From positions 124,001 through 188,000 of the forward strand of contig MCFE01000026.1 of assembly GCA_002104905.1 (NCBI GenBank): a stretch of 64,000 bases of DNA, given 5' to 3'. This document shows, in pieces, positions 61,986 to 64,000 of this stretch (the stretch's first letter is position 1; the number at the start of each line of letters is the position of its first letter). The notes under the pieces are model-generated. The model did not search any database. It was not told where the DNA came from and saw nothing but the letters and a program-made list of their open reading frames with translations. A program made the translations under genes and the position numbers. This DNA is from Basidiobolus meristosporus CBS 931.73. Taxonomy: Eukaryota; Fungi; Basidiobolomycota.

Positions 61986-63464
61986 ATGAAGTCTTCCCTT
62001 CTGCTTGCCGCTCTTCTGCCTCTCGCCTGGGGCTATAACTACAAGGCAATTCCTGCTTTCCGGAGATCAAGCGATGTCTTGGAACAACCCGCTCAAGTAC
62101 TTCTCGCTCGAGAAGCCCAAAGTACTAGCAACCAAACCCTCCGTGTCAAGAACCCAACCATTTGTGATTCCAGCGTAAAGCAGGTATTGTTCAGAAAAAT
62201 CCCGCCGATTTGGTTCAGTTAATTGATTGTCGATTTAAAGTATGCTGGCTATCTTGATATCGCTTCGAACAAACATCTTTTCTACTGGTTCTTTGAGTCC
62301 CGGAATAAGCCGGAAACTGATCCTGTCGTCCTCTGGTTAAACGGCGGCCCTGGGTGTAGTTCTTTCACCGGAATCCTGATGGAATTGGGCCCGTGCCGAG
62401 TTAGAGCCGATGGTTCTGGAGTAGACCACAATCCCTATTCATGGAACAGCAATGCCAATGTGATTTTCTTGGATCAACCTACCAATGTAGGTTTCTCTTG
62501 GGGTGCGAATGTCTCGACCACCGTTCAAAGTGGTGCGGACGTCGATGCTTTCCTCCGTCTCTTCTTCAAAGAATACCCTCAATATGCCAAGCATGATTTC
62601 CACATCTTTGGCGAATCTTACGGTGGACACTATATCCCAGAAATCGCCAAAGACGTGGTGTTGAACAACGAGAAGTCCAAGCAAAAGATCAATCTGAAGA
62701 GCGTTGGTATAGGTAATGGCTGGATAGACCCTCGCCTTCAAGAGAAATACTATGCTCCTCAAGCATGTGATGGCCCATATGGGGCAGTGCTCAGCAAGAG
62801 TGTTTGCCAAAAAATGTACGCAGCCTATCCTCAATGCTACAAGTTGGCCACAAAGTGCTACAAGGACCCTACTTTCCAGAAGTGCAATGATGCCACCAAC
62901 TACTGCAGTGAGTATATTGAAAACCCATACTACGATTCCGGCTTAAATCCCTACGACGTGCGCAAGAAATGCGATCCGAACAGTTCACTTTGCTACGATA
63001 TCGAGGCTGGTATCGATATATGGTTAAACCGACCTGAAATCAGAAGTGAACTAGGTGTGGCTAAGCAAGTTGGGAAATTCGAATCATGCAGCAATGCTGT
63101 AGGAGAGAACTTCTCGAAGACACCAGATAATATGTTGAATTTCGCTGACCGCTTACCTATTCTTCTCAATGCCGGTGTTCGTGTCTTACTCTATGCTGGT
63201 GACGCTGATTTCATCTGCAATTGGATGGGGAATAAGGCTGTGGCATTGGATATTGAGTGGTCTGGCAAGAAACGCTTCAATAAGGCCAAAGATATTTCTT
63301 GGAAAGTCAATGGAACCGACGCTGGAGAAGTCAGGGCCTATGACAAATTAACTTATCTTCGAGTCTTCAAGGCAGGTCATATGGTTCCATTTGACCAACC
63401 AGAAGCTGGCCTAAGCATGCTAAATACTTGGCTCAGCAATGAATCATTCTCCAAGCATCGCTGA
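61986..63464 (+). CDS. Secreted serine carboxypeptidase, peptidase family S10 (CPY-like)
   Basis: Signal peptide MKSSLLLAALLPLAWG; intron 62184-62240; YAGYLDI, WLNGGPGCSS; catalytic GESYGG, DFICN and AGHMVP. Confidence 0.96.
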
Positions 63465-63771
63465 ATCGATTGATTTATTTCCAGAAATTTTGACATCATG
63501 AGTTCAACAATAAACGAATACCCAACATTAGAAAAACTACTAATTGGATTCCGTGTCTTTAACAAATAATGAACGCGTAGTGGATTCCTCGTATTAAATA
63601 TTGAAGCTATGTAGCACTTTGATTACTCAATCTTCTCCAACAAGTAAATAAGAGAGATTTCCAAGTATGACATAAGAGAGATGACTGTATTTATGTTCAA
63701 GTTTTGACTTGTATACTTCCGTTGTGGTGACACCAATTCAGAGTCCTGTTCAGGTTTTAGATGCGAGACAC

Positions 63772-64000
63772 CTAGATGTTTGCTTGCCAAATGGCCAATA
63801 CAACTATCAAGGAGCCGAATGTAGTGCTGTAGTGCAAATGGTCCGCGGCATTAGGAATGACTGTTGGTGCAGGGTTATTAGCTATGTTGGTACTCTGTGA
63901 CACAGCTGGGCTCACGCTAGGTTTGGCAACAGGTGATACACCTGTGCTGGCTGATGCTGGAGCTGAAGTGATTGCTGAGGATGGAAGCGATGCTGACCCA
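63772..64000 (-). CDS. C-terminus of a Ser/Thr/Pro/Ala-rich, probably GPI-anchored protein (runs off the window)
   Basis: Open frame GSASLPSSAITSAPASASTGVSPVAKPSVSPAVSQSTN...PNAADHLHYSTTFGSLIVVLAIWQANI stop: an S/T-rich stalk, an NAA omega-like site and a hydrophobic tail. Confidence 0.6.
   Translation of the reverse strand, partial: GSASLPSSAITSAPASASTGVSPVAKPSVSPAVSQSTNIANNPAPTVIPNAADHLHYSTTFGSLIVVLAIWQANI

Overview
Eukaryotic, almost certainly fungal, DNA with short GT-AG introns and CTAAC/CTGAC-type branch points. An early-diverging fungus is suggested by an animal-like TFB1M gene and a BORCS8-like gene; this is inference only. The window has two sharply different halves. (1) 1-~39.6 kb is a gene-free, CpG-depleted island of nested, decayed transposons: two full-length copies of Ty1/copia family A (4.69 kb, 369-bp LTRs, 5-bp TSDs); an 18.4-kb composite copia family-B element plus about 10 family-B LTRs or LTR pieces; a near-intact Ty3/gypsy (family E); a second gypsy (family C, ~1.08-kb LTRs, tRNA-Lys PBS, 4-bp TSDs) plus a solo LTR; two copies of a CACTA/EnSpm (CMC)-type DNA transposon with a Tnp2 transposase and a divergently oriented, unrecognised accessory ORF; and a DDE_Tnp_4 fragment. 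(2) ~40-64 kb is gene-dense with normal CpG content: FHA+forkhead transcription factor, RPS26, TPS/TPP (Tps2-like), RPL20 (eL20), TFB1M-like rRNA dimethyltransferase, BORCS8-like gene, RPL28 (eL28), Rab escort protein, RER1, G-protein beta, an unknown multi-exon gene, a cAMP-receptor/Git3-like GPCR, an S10 serine carboxypeptidase, and the 3' end of a GPI-anchored Ser/Thr-rich protein. Family letters A-E are my own labels. All alignments and mismatch counts were done by eye; no database was searched.
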